64,000 nt of DNA from Candidatus Kapaibacterium sp. (GTDB taxonomy: Bacteria > Bacteroidota > Ignavibacteria > Kapaibacteriales > Kapaibacteriaceae), in contig JBGAJM010000012.1 in assembly GCA_044224925.1 (NCBI GenBank), forward strand, positions 1,510-65,509. Direction: 5' to 3'. This document shows positions 43,686-51,237 of the stretch, in pieces. The translations under genes and the position numbers were made by a program. The notes under the pieces were generated by a model. The model was not told the DNA's origin. It worked only from the letters and a program-made list of their open reading frames with translations, and made no database searches. Numbering within the stretch: the stretch's first letter is position 1; each line of letters opens with the position of its first letter.

Positions 43686-44396
43686 ATGACGCGCTTCCTT
43701 TCCGCCTTCTCTTCTTTCGTTGCTTGCACGATCCTCGTGGCTTGTTTGTCGGCCGCTCCGGTCGTTGCCGCAGCTCCATGGTTCTTGGGTCCGACGTTCG
43801 CCTACACCATTGGCGTGAACGCGCCCGATGATGTGACGTTCACGTCGGGTCCACAGCGATTGAACATCGGACTTCAATGGATGATCGAGACATCGCGCAC
43901 CATCCAGATCCGAACGGCGCTCACGTATCGCACGGAACAGGCGGACTTCCAACAACCCGCACCGAACCTCAAACCGGTGGTCACACCCGGTGGTGGTGGA
44001 AGTGGATCGAGTTCAACAGAGAAGGTCCTCTCGTCCATCTCTGCCAATGCCGTGGTCTTCGAAGCATCTGCGCATTTCCCCATCGCACGACTTGATTCAA
44101 GCGGCAGCGCGCTCATGATCGGACTCGGTGGTTTCTTCGATCGCACGATCTCTGCATCGCAAACCGACGACTACCGCGGCGTGACGGGATGGCCGGAGCC
44201 AAAGACAGCATCGGAGGATTTCCCAACATCGTGGGGTGGCGGCGCCACACTCAATGCAGGTCTCTCCCTCCCCTTAGGCGACACCCGCCTTCTCTTCGAC
44301 GTCAAGTACATCGTCCGCTCCGCCCCCGCATCTGCAAGTCAGTACAGTTGGCTCAGCAACGGGGGCGTGAGTATTAGTGCAGGGGTGCTGTTTTAA
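43686..44396 (+). CDS. Outer membrane beta-barrel protein
   Basis: Signal peptide, amphipathic strands, C-terminal Phe (SAGVLF). Confidence 0.68.
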   Translation: MTRFLSAFSSFVACTILVACLSAAPVVAAAPWFLGPTFAYTIGVNAPDDVTFTSGPQRLNIGLQWMIETSRTIQIRTALTYRTEQADFQQPAPNLKPVVTPGGGGSGSSSTEKVLSSISANAVVFEASAHFPIARLDSSGSALMIGLGGFFDRTISASQTDDYRGVTGWPEPKTASEDFPTSWGGGATLNAGLSLPLGDTRLLFDVKYIVRSAPASASQYSWLSNGGVSISAGVLF

Positions 44397-44400
44397 GAGC

Positions 44401-44546
44401 ACTGCGTGGGACACAAGAGTGCGACACAAGAGTGCGACACGAGAGTGCGACACGAGAGTGCGACACGGAGTGCGACACGAGAGTGCGACACTTTGTGCGA
44501 CACTTGCGTGATCCTGTATTCTTGATCCTGTATTCCTCTTCTGATT
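44401..44546. repeat. Left arm: tandem 12-13-bp array (1x GTGGGACAC + 7x GTGCGACAC cores) followed by reverse-oriented leader motif
   Basis: Cores at 44406, 44419, 44432, 44445, 44458, 44470, 44483 and 44495. GATCCTGTATTCTTGATCCTGTATTCCTCTTCTGATT at 44510-44546. Confidence 0.93.
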
Positions 44547-44621
44547 TCTTCCCCGCTCCCTCCTCCCTTCGTCACATTCTCCGCCTTCCAGGTCCCTTCT
44601 GTCACACAACGGAGTTGGACC

Positions 44622-45092
44622 ATGGCATTGCACAATCTGCGCATCTTCCTTCTTGCGCAGCACATCAATTCACGGGTGACGACGCAGGTGCTTTCGTGGA
44701 CATACCTGCATCAGCAGACCTTGGGGAAGCAGATCCTTCGATCGGCCGATTCGATCACGAACAACATCAGCGAAGGATACGCTCGCGTTCGAACCGGTGA
44801 GCGTCTTCAGTTGCTGTGGTATGCCGAGGGCTCCATTCAGGAGACCAAGAATGGCGTTCGGCGCTGCGTACAACGGAGGATCCTTGATGAAGAGGCTGGC
44901 AAGGAACTCGAAACGCAACTCACACGGCTCTCGATCTCGCTGATCGAATTCATGCATGCGATCCTCGTGAAGGACCCGGAGTATATCGGGCCCTACCGCC
45001 GGAAGGTGGAAGAGCGAAGGGCGTGGAGAGAGAAAGGAAGAGAGGAATCGGAAGAGGAATACATAATCAAGAATACAGGATCCAATTCTTGA
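44622..45092 (+). CDS. Four helix bundle protein (23S rRNA IVP / TIGR02436 / bAvd-like family)
   Basis: LGKQILRSADSITNNISEGY...ERLQLLWYAEGSIQET matches the family signature QxxRSAxSIxxNIAEG...AxGSxxE. GGAG lies 7 nt before the ATG. Confidence 0.88.
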   Translation: MALHNLRIFLLAQHINSRVTTQVLSWTYLHQQTLGKQILRSADSITNNISEGYARVRTGERLQLLWYAEGSIQETKNGVRRCVQRRILDEEAGKELETQLTRLSISLIEFMHAILVKDPEYIGPYRRKVEERRAWREKGREESEEEYIIKNTGSNS

Positions 45093-45242
45093 ATCGTGTA
45101 ATACATGATCGCACTCTCGTGTCGCACTCTCGTGTCGCACTCTCGTGTCGCACTCTCGTGTCGCACTCCGTGTCGCACTCTCGTGTCGCACTCTTGTGTC
45201 GCACTCTCGTGTCGCACATCGTGTCGCACTCTCGTGTCGCAC
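45046..45242. repeat. Right arm: leader motif followed by tandem 12-13-bp array (10x GTGTCGCAC cores), inverted relative to the left arm
   Basis: AATCGGAAGAGGAATACATAATCAAGAATACAGGATC at 45046-45082. (TCGCACTCTCGTG)n at 45109-45242 is the reverse complement of the left array unit. Confidence 0.93.
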
Positions 45243-45246
45243 GAAG

Positions 45247-47142
45247 TTAGATCTCTATATGCGACCCCACCTCCAGCGCCCGCTTGACCGGAATGCCGAA
45301 GTACTTCACCGGTGTGCGCGAGTTGCGGTGCATGAAGGCGAAGATCTCCTTGCGCCATCGGACCATGCCGCCTTCCTGCTTGATGGAGAGCGATTCGTTG
45401 CCGAGGACGAAGACGGCGTCGGTGATGTCGACGGGGACGTCGAACTCGGGGAGATACATCAGGTCGTCGAGGAGGTTGAGCTGGTCCATGAAGCCGTAGC
45501 TAAGAATGACCTTGTAGAAGCCCTTCTCCATAGGCACCACTTCGAAGCGATGTTCGTGTTCGATGTGCGAGACCGTCTTCACGCTTACCGTGAGGAGGAT
45601 CATGGTCTCGTGTCGACTTCGATTGTAGCGAAGGTTGGAGATCAGCGCCGGTGGTGCGACGTCTTGGTAGCCCGTCATATACAGCGCCGTGCCGGGGACG
45701 ATGCAGTACATGTCGATCTCGTCCTTGAGGATCTGATCCACCGACTGATTGCGTTTGTGAATGGCATCACGAAGAATACCACGTCCACGATGCCACGTGA
45801 CCATCACGAGGTACGTTGCTGCGGCCATCATCACGGGAACATAGCCGCCATCCTTGAACTTGAAGACGTTGGCGATGAAGAACGATCCGTCGATCACCAA
45901 CAAGACACTTGCGATCGACGCTGCGACAGTGCGGCTCCACCCGAAGAGTCGACGCATGGCGAAGTAGGCGAGCATCGTGGTGATCACCATGGTCGTGGTG
46001 ACGGCGATACCGTAGGCGGCAGCGAGTGCGCCCGAGGTCTGGAAGACGACAACGAGCAACACCGTCGACAGGAACAAGACCCAATTCACGGTGGGCAGAT
46101 AGATCTGTCCGCGCTCTTCGTGACTGGTGTGCATCACTTTCAATCGCGGCAGGTAGCCGAGCTGCAGTGCCTGCCACGTGAGCGAGAAGGCGCCGCTGAT
46201 CACAGCCTGCGAAGCCACGACCGTGGCAAAGGCCGCCACGATCACAAGGGGAATGACGCCCCACGTTGGTACCATGTGGAAGAACGGATCGGCAACGACG
46301 GCCTTGTTCGATCCTTCGCGAAGAAGAAGAGCGCCTTGGCCGAAGTAGTTCAGGACCAGTGCCGGAAAGACGAGGATGAACCAACCGCGACGGATGGGTT
46401 TCTTTCCGAAGTGTCCCATGTCGGCATAGACCGTCTCGCCACCCGTCATCACAAGGAAGACCGAGCCAAGCACAAGGAAGGCGCGGATGTCGTGATGCAT
46501 GAAGAACTGCACAGCATACCATGGATTCACGGCCATCAGCACGTGCGGTGTTTGGACAAGACTGATCAGACCGAGCACGGCAATGAGGATGAACCAGAAC
46601 GTCATGAACGGACCGAAGATGCGGCCCACGCCACCGGTGCCGTACTTCTGAATGAAGAACAGTCCGAACAGAATGGTCAGTGTGATCGGCAACACCACCG
46701 ACGCAAGTGAAGGCGCTGCTACTTTCAAACCTTCGACGGCAGACAACACGGAGATCGCAGGGGTGATGATCCCGTCGCCATACAACAACGCTGCACCAAA
46801 AATGCCAACAGCAAAAATGAACGTCATGCGAGCAAAGCCGTTCGTTCGCTTGCTTACCAACTCCATCAACGCAAGGATGCCGCCTTCGCCTTTGTTGTCG
46901 AAGCGCATGATCAAGGCAAGGTACTTCACGCAGATCACGATCGTGAGCGACCAGAAGATCAACGACAGGATGCCGAAGACCTCGGACTCTTGAGCATGAA
47001 GATTGTAGTGTTCAGAGAAGCACTCTTTGAGCGAGTACAGGGGCGACGTTCCGATGTCGCCATAAACGACGCCAATAGCGCCAATGGTGAGGGCAAGCAG
47101 GCGCGACTTTGCGCTCTTGCCCTCGGTCTGTTCGGCGTCCAT
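45247..47142 (-). CDS. kup: KUP/HAK/KT potassium transporter
   Basis: GVVYGDIGTSPLY, DNKGEGG, YGDGIITPAISVLSAVEG and YADMGHF motifs. Confidence 0.97.
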   Translation of the reverse strand: MDAEQTEGKSAKSRLLALTIGAIGVVYGDIGTSPLYSLKECFSEHYNLHAQESEVFGILSLIFWSLTIVICVKYLALIMRFDNKGEGGILALMELVSKRTNGFARMTFIFAVGIFGAALLYGDGIITPAISVLSAVEGLKVAAPSLASVVLPITLTILFGLFFIQKYGTGGVGRIFGPFMTFWFILIAVLGLISLVQTPHVLMAVNPWYAVQFFMHHDIRAFLVLGSVFLVMTGGETVYADMGHFGKKPIRRGWFILVFPALVLNYFGQGALLLREGSNKAVVADPFFHMVPTWGVIPLVIVAAFATVVASQAVISGAFSLTWQALQLGYLPRLKVMHTSHEERGQIYLPTVNWVLFLSTVLLVVVFQTSGALAAAYGIAVTTTMVITTMLAYFAMRRLFGWSRTVAASIASVLLVIDGSFFIANVFKFKDGGYVPVMMAAATYLVMVTWHRGRGILRDAIHKRNQSVDQILKDEIDMYCIVPGTALYMTGYQDVAPPALISNLRYNRSRHETMILLTVSVKTVSHIEHEHRFEVVPMEKGFYKVILSYGFMDQLNLLDDLMYLPEFDVPVDITDAVFVLGNESLSIKQEGGMVRWRKEIFAFMHRNSRTPVKYFGIPVKRALEVGSHIEI

Positions 47143-47168
47143 GAAGGACCCTTGCGTTCTGAAACAAC

Positions 47169-47191
47169 AACGCCCCGCTGAGCAGGGCGTT
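47169..47191 (-). terminator. Probable terminator hairpin downstream of the DinB-family gene, abutting the kup -7 box
   Basis: On the - strand AACGCCCTGC-TCA-GCGGGGCGTT then GTTGTTTC. TAATTTCG (- strand) at 47192-47199. Confidence 0.5.
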
Positions 47192-47230
47192 CGAAATTAC
47201 AGCAAAATCGGTCCGAGTGTTCTCACCGTT

Positions 47231-47719
47231 TCAAACAAGGTAGCGCTCATGGAGAATGGTGGCATGGTGGAAGGCATGTCCGGCCACGATGTACACGATG
47301 GCATTCACAGAAATGGCCTGTCCATTCGCAATGCCGGTCTTGAGCATGTCGGCATCGGTGAACGACTGGAACAATGCAAGGTTGGAAGCACGCACACTGT
47401 GCAGCTCGGAAACGATGTCGTACACCGTGCGACGATCGAACCCTGCCGCCTTGACGAAGTCATCCTCTTCAAAGCCCGGGATCGGATCCGTACTTCCGCG
47501 TGCGAACATCAGGGCACGATAGGCGAACACACGCTCCGTGTCGCACAGATGCCCAAGCAACTCCTTCACACTCCACTTGCCCGGCGCATAGCGGTGCATG
47601 GCCACTTCTTCCGTCAGTGTGAGGTAGGTGGCGCATTCATCCACTTGCTGTTGCAGCATGTCGAACACATCACCACGAACGTGGCTGACGTAGCGGGCGT
47701 AGTATTCGGGGAAGAGCAT
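47231..47719 (-). CDS. DinB/YfiT family protein
   Basis: RYAPGKWSVKELLGHLCDTERVFAYRAL and GHAFHH motifs. Confidence 0.88.
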   Translation of the reverse strand: MLFPEYYARYVSHVRGDVFDMLQQQVDECATYLTLTEEVAMHRYAPGKWSVKELLGHLCDTERVFAYRALMFARGSTDPIPGFEEDDFVKAAGFDRRTVYDIVSELHSVRASNLALFQSFTDADMLKTGIANGQAISVNAIVYIVAGHAFHHATILHERYLV

Positions 47720-47728
47720 AGGCGAAGA

Positions 47729-47951
47729 AATCGGAAGAGAATACAGGATCAAGAATACAGAATCCCACGAAGTGTCCCACGAAGTGTCCCACGCAGTGTC
47801 CCACGCAGTGTCCCACGCAGTGTCCCACGCTAGTGTCCCACGCTAGTGTCCCACGCTAGTGTCCCACGCTAGTGTCCCACGCTAGTGTCCCACGCAGTGT
47901 CCCACGCAGTGTCCCACGCAGTGTCCCACGCTAGTGTCCCACAACGTGTCC
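47729..47951. repeat. Leader motif plus tandem 12-13-bp array (14x GTGTCCCAC cores)
   Basis: 38-bp leader at 47729-47766. Linkers in order: GAA x2, GCA x3, GCTA x5, GCA x3, GCTA, AAC. The array ends at the gcdH stop. Confidence 0.95.
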
Positions 47952-49118
47952 TCAGCTGAACGCCTGGATCCCCGTGATATCCTGTCCGATGATCAGCGTG
48001 TGCATTTCGTGCGTGCCTTCGTAGGTCTTCACGGATTCGAGATTGGCGGCGTGGCGCATCACGGGATATTCATCCAGGATGCCGTTGGCACCGTGGATCT
48101 CGCGAGCGATGCGGGCGATGTTGAGGGCCATTTCGACGTTGTTGCGTTTGGCCATCGACACCTGTTGTGGGCGGATGTTGCCGGAGTCCTTGATCTTGCC
48201 GAGGCGCCAGCAGAGGAGCTGTGCCTTGGTGATCTCGTTGATCATGTAGACCAGCTTCTCTTGTGTGAGCTGGAAGCCGGCGATCGGCTTGCCGAACTGG
48301 ATGCGGCTCTTGGCATAGTTGAGGGACGAATCGTAGCAGGCCATGGCCGAGCCGATCACGCCCCAGGAGATGCCGTAACGGGCTTGGGTAAGACAGCCCA
48401 AAGGTCCCTTCAACCCTTCCACCCCGGGAAGGATGTTCGCTTCGGGGATCTCCACGTCCTGGAAGACCAATTCGGAGGTGACCGAGGCGCGGAGGGAGTG
48501 TTTGCCCTTCATTTCGGGGGCCGTGAAGCCCTTCATGCCCTTTTCGACCAGGAAGCCGCGGACCACGCCGTCGAGCTTGGCCCAGACGACGGCCACATCG
48601 GCCAAGGTGCCGTTGGTGATCCACATCTTGGCGCCGTTCAGCAGGAATCCACCGTCGATCTTCTTGGCATTGGTGACCATGCCGGCGGGGTTCGATCCGG
48701 CGTCGGGCTCTGTAAGACCGAAGCAGCCGATGGCCTTCCCGGCGGCCAGACGGGGAAGCCACTTGCGACGTTGCTCTTCGGAGCCGTACGTGTAGATCGG
48801 ATACATCACGAGCGAGCTTTGGACGGAGGCGAAGGAGCGAACGCCCGAATCGCCGCGCTCGAGCTCTTGCATGGCAAGGCCATAGCAGATGTTGTTCAGG
48901 CCGGCTCCACCGTATTCCGTGGGCAAAGTGACCCCAAAAACGCCCATTTCGGCCATTTTTTCGACCAAATGCATCGGAAACGACCCTTGGCGAGCGTGAT
49001 GCTCGATAATCGGGAGCACTTCATTGTCGACAAAGTCGCCAACCGCTTGACGGACCAGTTTTTCCTCGTCGGTCAGAAGTTCATCGATGTTCAAATAGTC
49101 TGGGTGTTGGAAGGCCAT
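47952..49118 (-). CDS. gcdH: Acyl-CoA dehydrogenase, glutaryl-CoA dehydrogenase-like
   Basis: ELERGDSGVRS, GCFGLTEPDAGS, KMWITNG and TYEGTHEMH motifs. Confidence 0.85.
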   Translation of the reverse strand: MAFQHPDYLNIDELLTDEEKLVRQAVGDFVDNEVLPIIEHHARQGSFPMHLVEKMAEMGVFGVTLPTEYGGAGLNNICYGLAMQELERGDSGVRSFASVQSSLVMYPIYTYGSEEQRRKWLPRLAAGKAIGCFGLTEPDAGSNPAGMVTNAKKIDGGFLLNGAKMWITNGTLADVAVVWAKLDGVVRGFLVEKGMKGFTAPEMKGKHSLRASVTSELVFQDVEIPEANILPGVEGLKGPLGCLTQARYGISWGVIGSAMACYDSSLNYAKSRIQFGKPIAGFQLTQEKLVYMINEITKAQLLCWRLGKIKDSGNIRPQQVSMAKRNNVEMALNIARIAREIHGANGILDEYPVMRHAANLESVKTYEGTHEMHTLIIGQDITGIQAFS

Positions 49119-49162
49119 GGCCGCTATCCGTAAGGGTTGAATGGTGTTGTCCGCCTGAACAG

Positions 49163-49210
49163 CGAAACTACGAAAACGGTTTCACCTATGTGGATTTCTT
49201 CCTATATTCG
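49163..49210. promoter_or_regulatory. Divergent gcdH / rimP promoters (-7 boxes)
   Basis: TAGTTTCG on the - strand (49163-49170) and TATATTCG on the + strand (49203-49210). Confidence 0.55.
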
Positions 49211-49225
49211 TGGCTGGTAAGGAGG

Positions 49226-49250
49226 ATGGGCGGATTGCCCATTTTTTGTT
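49226..49250 (+). promoter_or_regulatory. rimP leader terminator-like hairpin
   Basis: ATGGGC-GGATT-GCCCAT followed by TTTTTGTT, directly upstream of rimP, as is commonly seen before rimP-nusA-infB. Confidence 0.7.
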
Positions 49251-49262
49251 GATACCTAGCCG

Positions 49263-49739
49263 TTGGTGACTTCGTTGACGAATCCATTGCCGGAGCACGT
49301 ACGTGCAACCATAGACGAAGTCTGTGCAGCAAATGGAGTTACGTCCATCGATGTGCAGATCAGAGGGCAGCGAGACCAGTTGATCCTGGACCTGTTCATT
49401 GATGCACCCAACGGTGTGACGCACGAAGAATGCAGAGGCGTCACCACGGGCCTCGACGAACGCTTGGAAAACGATGAATGGTACGGCCGCCTACGGGCGG
49501 TCGATGTGTCTTCACCCGGTGCCGACGCTCCCGTGAAGTTCCTCTGGCAACTTACGAAGAGCATTGGGCGCACGGTTCGCGTGATCCGAGCGGACGGAAC
49601 GGCAGTAGAAGGCAAGCTCACGGATGTGGCCGACGAAGGCCTCTCGGTGCAGCCCCCAACAACGAAGAAGAAGGTCGTGGAGCTGGTTGTGATACCGGCT
49701 GCCGACGTCAAAGAAGCAAGAGTAATCCTGAAATGGTAA
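49263..49739 (+). CDS. rimP: Ribosome maturation factor RimP
   Basis: LFIDAPNGVTHEEC and DVSSPG motifs. Position is upstream of nusA. Confidence 0.88.
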   Translation: MVTSLTNPLPEHVRATIDEVCAANGVTSIDVQIRGQRDQLILDLFIDAPNGVTHEECRGVTTGLDERLENDEWYGRLRAVDVSSPGADAPVKFLWQLTKSIGRTVRVIRADGTAVEGKLTDVADEGLSVQPPTTKKKVVELVVIPAADVKEARVILKW

Positions 49740-49755
49740 TCAACGACTGATCGTT

Positions 49756-51219
49756 ATGGCACGCAGAAAAGTCAAGCCGAAAGTCGACAATAAGAAGCTG
49801 ATCATCGAGGCCTTCAATGAGATGGCCCGTGAGAAAGCTATCGATCGCGACCTCCTGCAAGGGATCGTCGAAGAGACCCTCTCGTTGATGGTGAAGAAGA
49901 AGTATGGCCTTGAAGCCAACTTCGACATCATCGTGAACATGGAGAAGGGCGACATCGAGATCTACCTGATGCGGGAAGTGGTCGAAGAGGTCGAGAACGC
50001 GGAAACGCAGATCTCTCTCGAAGACGTGATCGCCATTACGGGCGAACCGATCGAGATCGGCGAAGAGTATCTGGAAGAGATCACGCTCGAGAACATTGCC
50101 GACAGTTTCGGTCGCCGTCTGATCGCTCAGGCCATTCAAACGCTCAATCAGCGTATTCGCGACGTGGAGAAGGACAACATCTACGACGAGTATGCGAAGC
50201 GTGTTGGCGAAGTGATCATTGGCGAGATCTATCAAGTGCGTCCGAACAACATCCTCGTGATGCACAACAAGATCGAGATGCGTTTGCCGCGCGAAGAGCA
50301 GATCCCGAACGAACGCTTGAAGAAGAATCAGCAAGTGAAGGCCATCATCAAGGAAGTACGTCGCACGGGTGGTGCCACCGGATTGCCGGACATCATCCTG
50401 TCGCGCTCGGACGATACGTATTTGGCCCGCTTGTTCGAACAAGAGATCCCCGAGATCTACGACGGCATCATCGAACTCCGTGCCATTGCACGTGAGCCCG
50501 GTGAGCGCGCAAAGGTGGCCGTGACGTCGTTCGACGAACGCGTCGACCCGGTTGGCGCCTGCGTTGGAATGAAGGGTATTCGCATTCATGCCATCGTGCG
50601 TGAACTGAACAACGAGAACATCGATATCATCGAGTACACCGAAGATCCGAGACTCTTCATCGCACGTGCACTGTCGCCATCGAAGGTGCGCGACATCACC
50701 ATTGCGCCGGAAACACGGCAGGCAACGGTGATCGTGCCGGATGATCAAGTATCGCTTGCCATTGGCAAGAACGGACAGAATGTACGTCTCGCATCGAAGC
50801 TCACCGGCTACTCCTTGTCGCTGGTGAAGGAAGGTGCCGAAGACATTGAACTCATCGAATTCCGTGATGAGCTTGGTCGCGCCCTCTACGATCTCTTGAT
50901 CGCCAGTGGTATCGACACGGCCCGCGAATTCCTTGAAGCAGGCCCCGATGTCTTGCTGCGCCTTCCGGGCATCAGCAAGCAGAAGATCGCAGAGGTCCGT
51001 CGCATCATCCTCGATGAATTCGACGAGCCCGAAGACAACCGTTACGTGGCAGCCCTCGAAGCATGGGAGCCCGAAACGGAGAGCGAAGACATCGGTCTGG
51101 AAGAAAGCTATGCCGAAGACACACCTGAAGTGTTCGCCGCCGACGAAGGCGAAGCGGAAGGTGGCATGGAAGAAGAAGTGGTTCCCGGAGACGAGGAACC
51201 GATGACGTCGGAAGAATGA
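49756..51219 (+). CDS. nusA: Transcription termination/antitermination factor NusA
   Basis: EIPEIYDG, AREPGERAKVAV, GACVG and SLAIGKNGQNVRLA motifs. Confidence 0.97.
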   Translation: MARRKVKPKVDNKKLIIEAFNEMAREKAIDRDLLQGIVEETLSLMVKKKYGLEANFDIIVNMEKGDIEIYLMREVVEEVENAETQISLEDVIAITGEPIEIGEEYLEEITLENIADSFGRRLIAQAIQTLNQRIRDVEKDNIYDEYAKRVGEVIIGEIYQVRPNNILVMHNKIEMRLPREEQIPNERLKKNQQVKAIIKEVRRTGGATGLPDIILSRSDDTYLARLFEQEIPEIYDGIIELRAIAREPGERAKVAVTSFDERVDPVGACVGMKGIRIHAIVRELNNENIDIIEYTEDPRLFIARALSPSKVRDITIAPETRQATVIVPDDQVSLAIGKNGQNVRLASKLTGYSLSLVKEGAEDIELIEFRDELGRALYDLLIASGIDTAREFLEAGPDVLLRLPGISKQKIAEVRRIILDEFDEPEDNRYVAALEAWEPETESEDIGLEESYAEDTPEVFAADEGEAEGGMEEEVVPGDEEPMTSEE

Positions 51220-51237
51220 TCAACAGCCTCAGGAATT

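Noticed and set aside
44622-45092. Diversity-generating retroelement (Avd-like gene)
   Set aside because: No reverse transcriptase and no TR/VR pair with adenine-specific mismatches was seen in the window.
44397-45246. Classical IS/MITE
   Set aside because: The ORF has no DDE or HUH transposase motifs, and no target-site duplication is visible at the outer ends.
44432-45358. ORFs made of RHESATRECDT / ALSCRTLVSHSRV repeats
   Set aside because: These are translations of the stop-free 13-bp arrays with no independent coding evidence.
47143-47230. c-di-AMP riboswitch upstream of kup
   Set aside because: The gap is only 88 bp with one simple hairpin, and no ydaO consensus was recognised.
44401-47951. 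Arrays as CRISPR loci
   Set aside because: Units are 12-13 bp with only 3-4-nt linkers. There are no unique spacers and no cas genes in the window.
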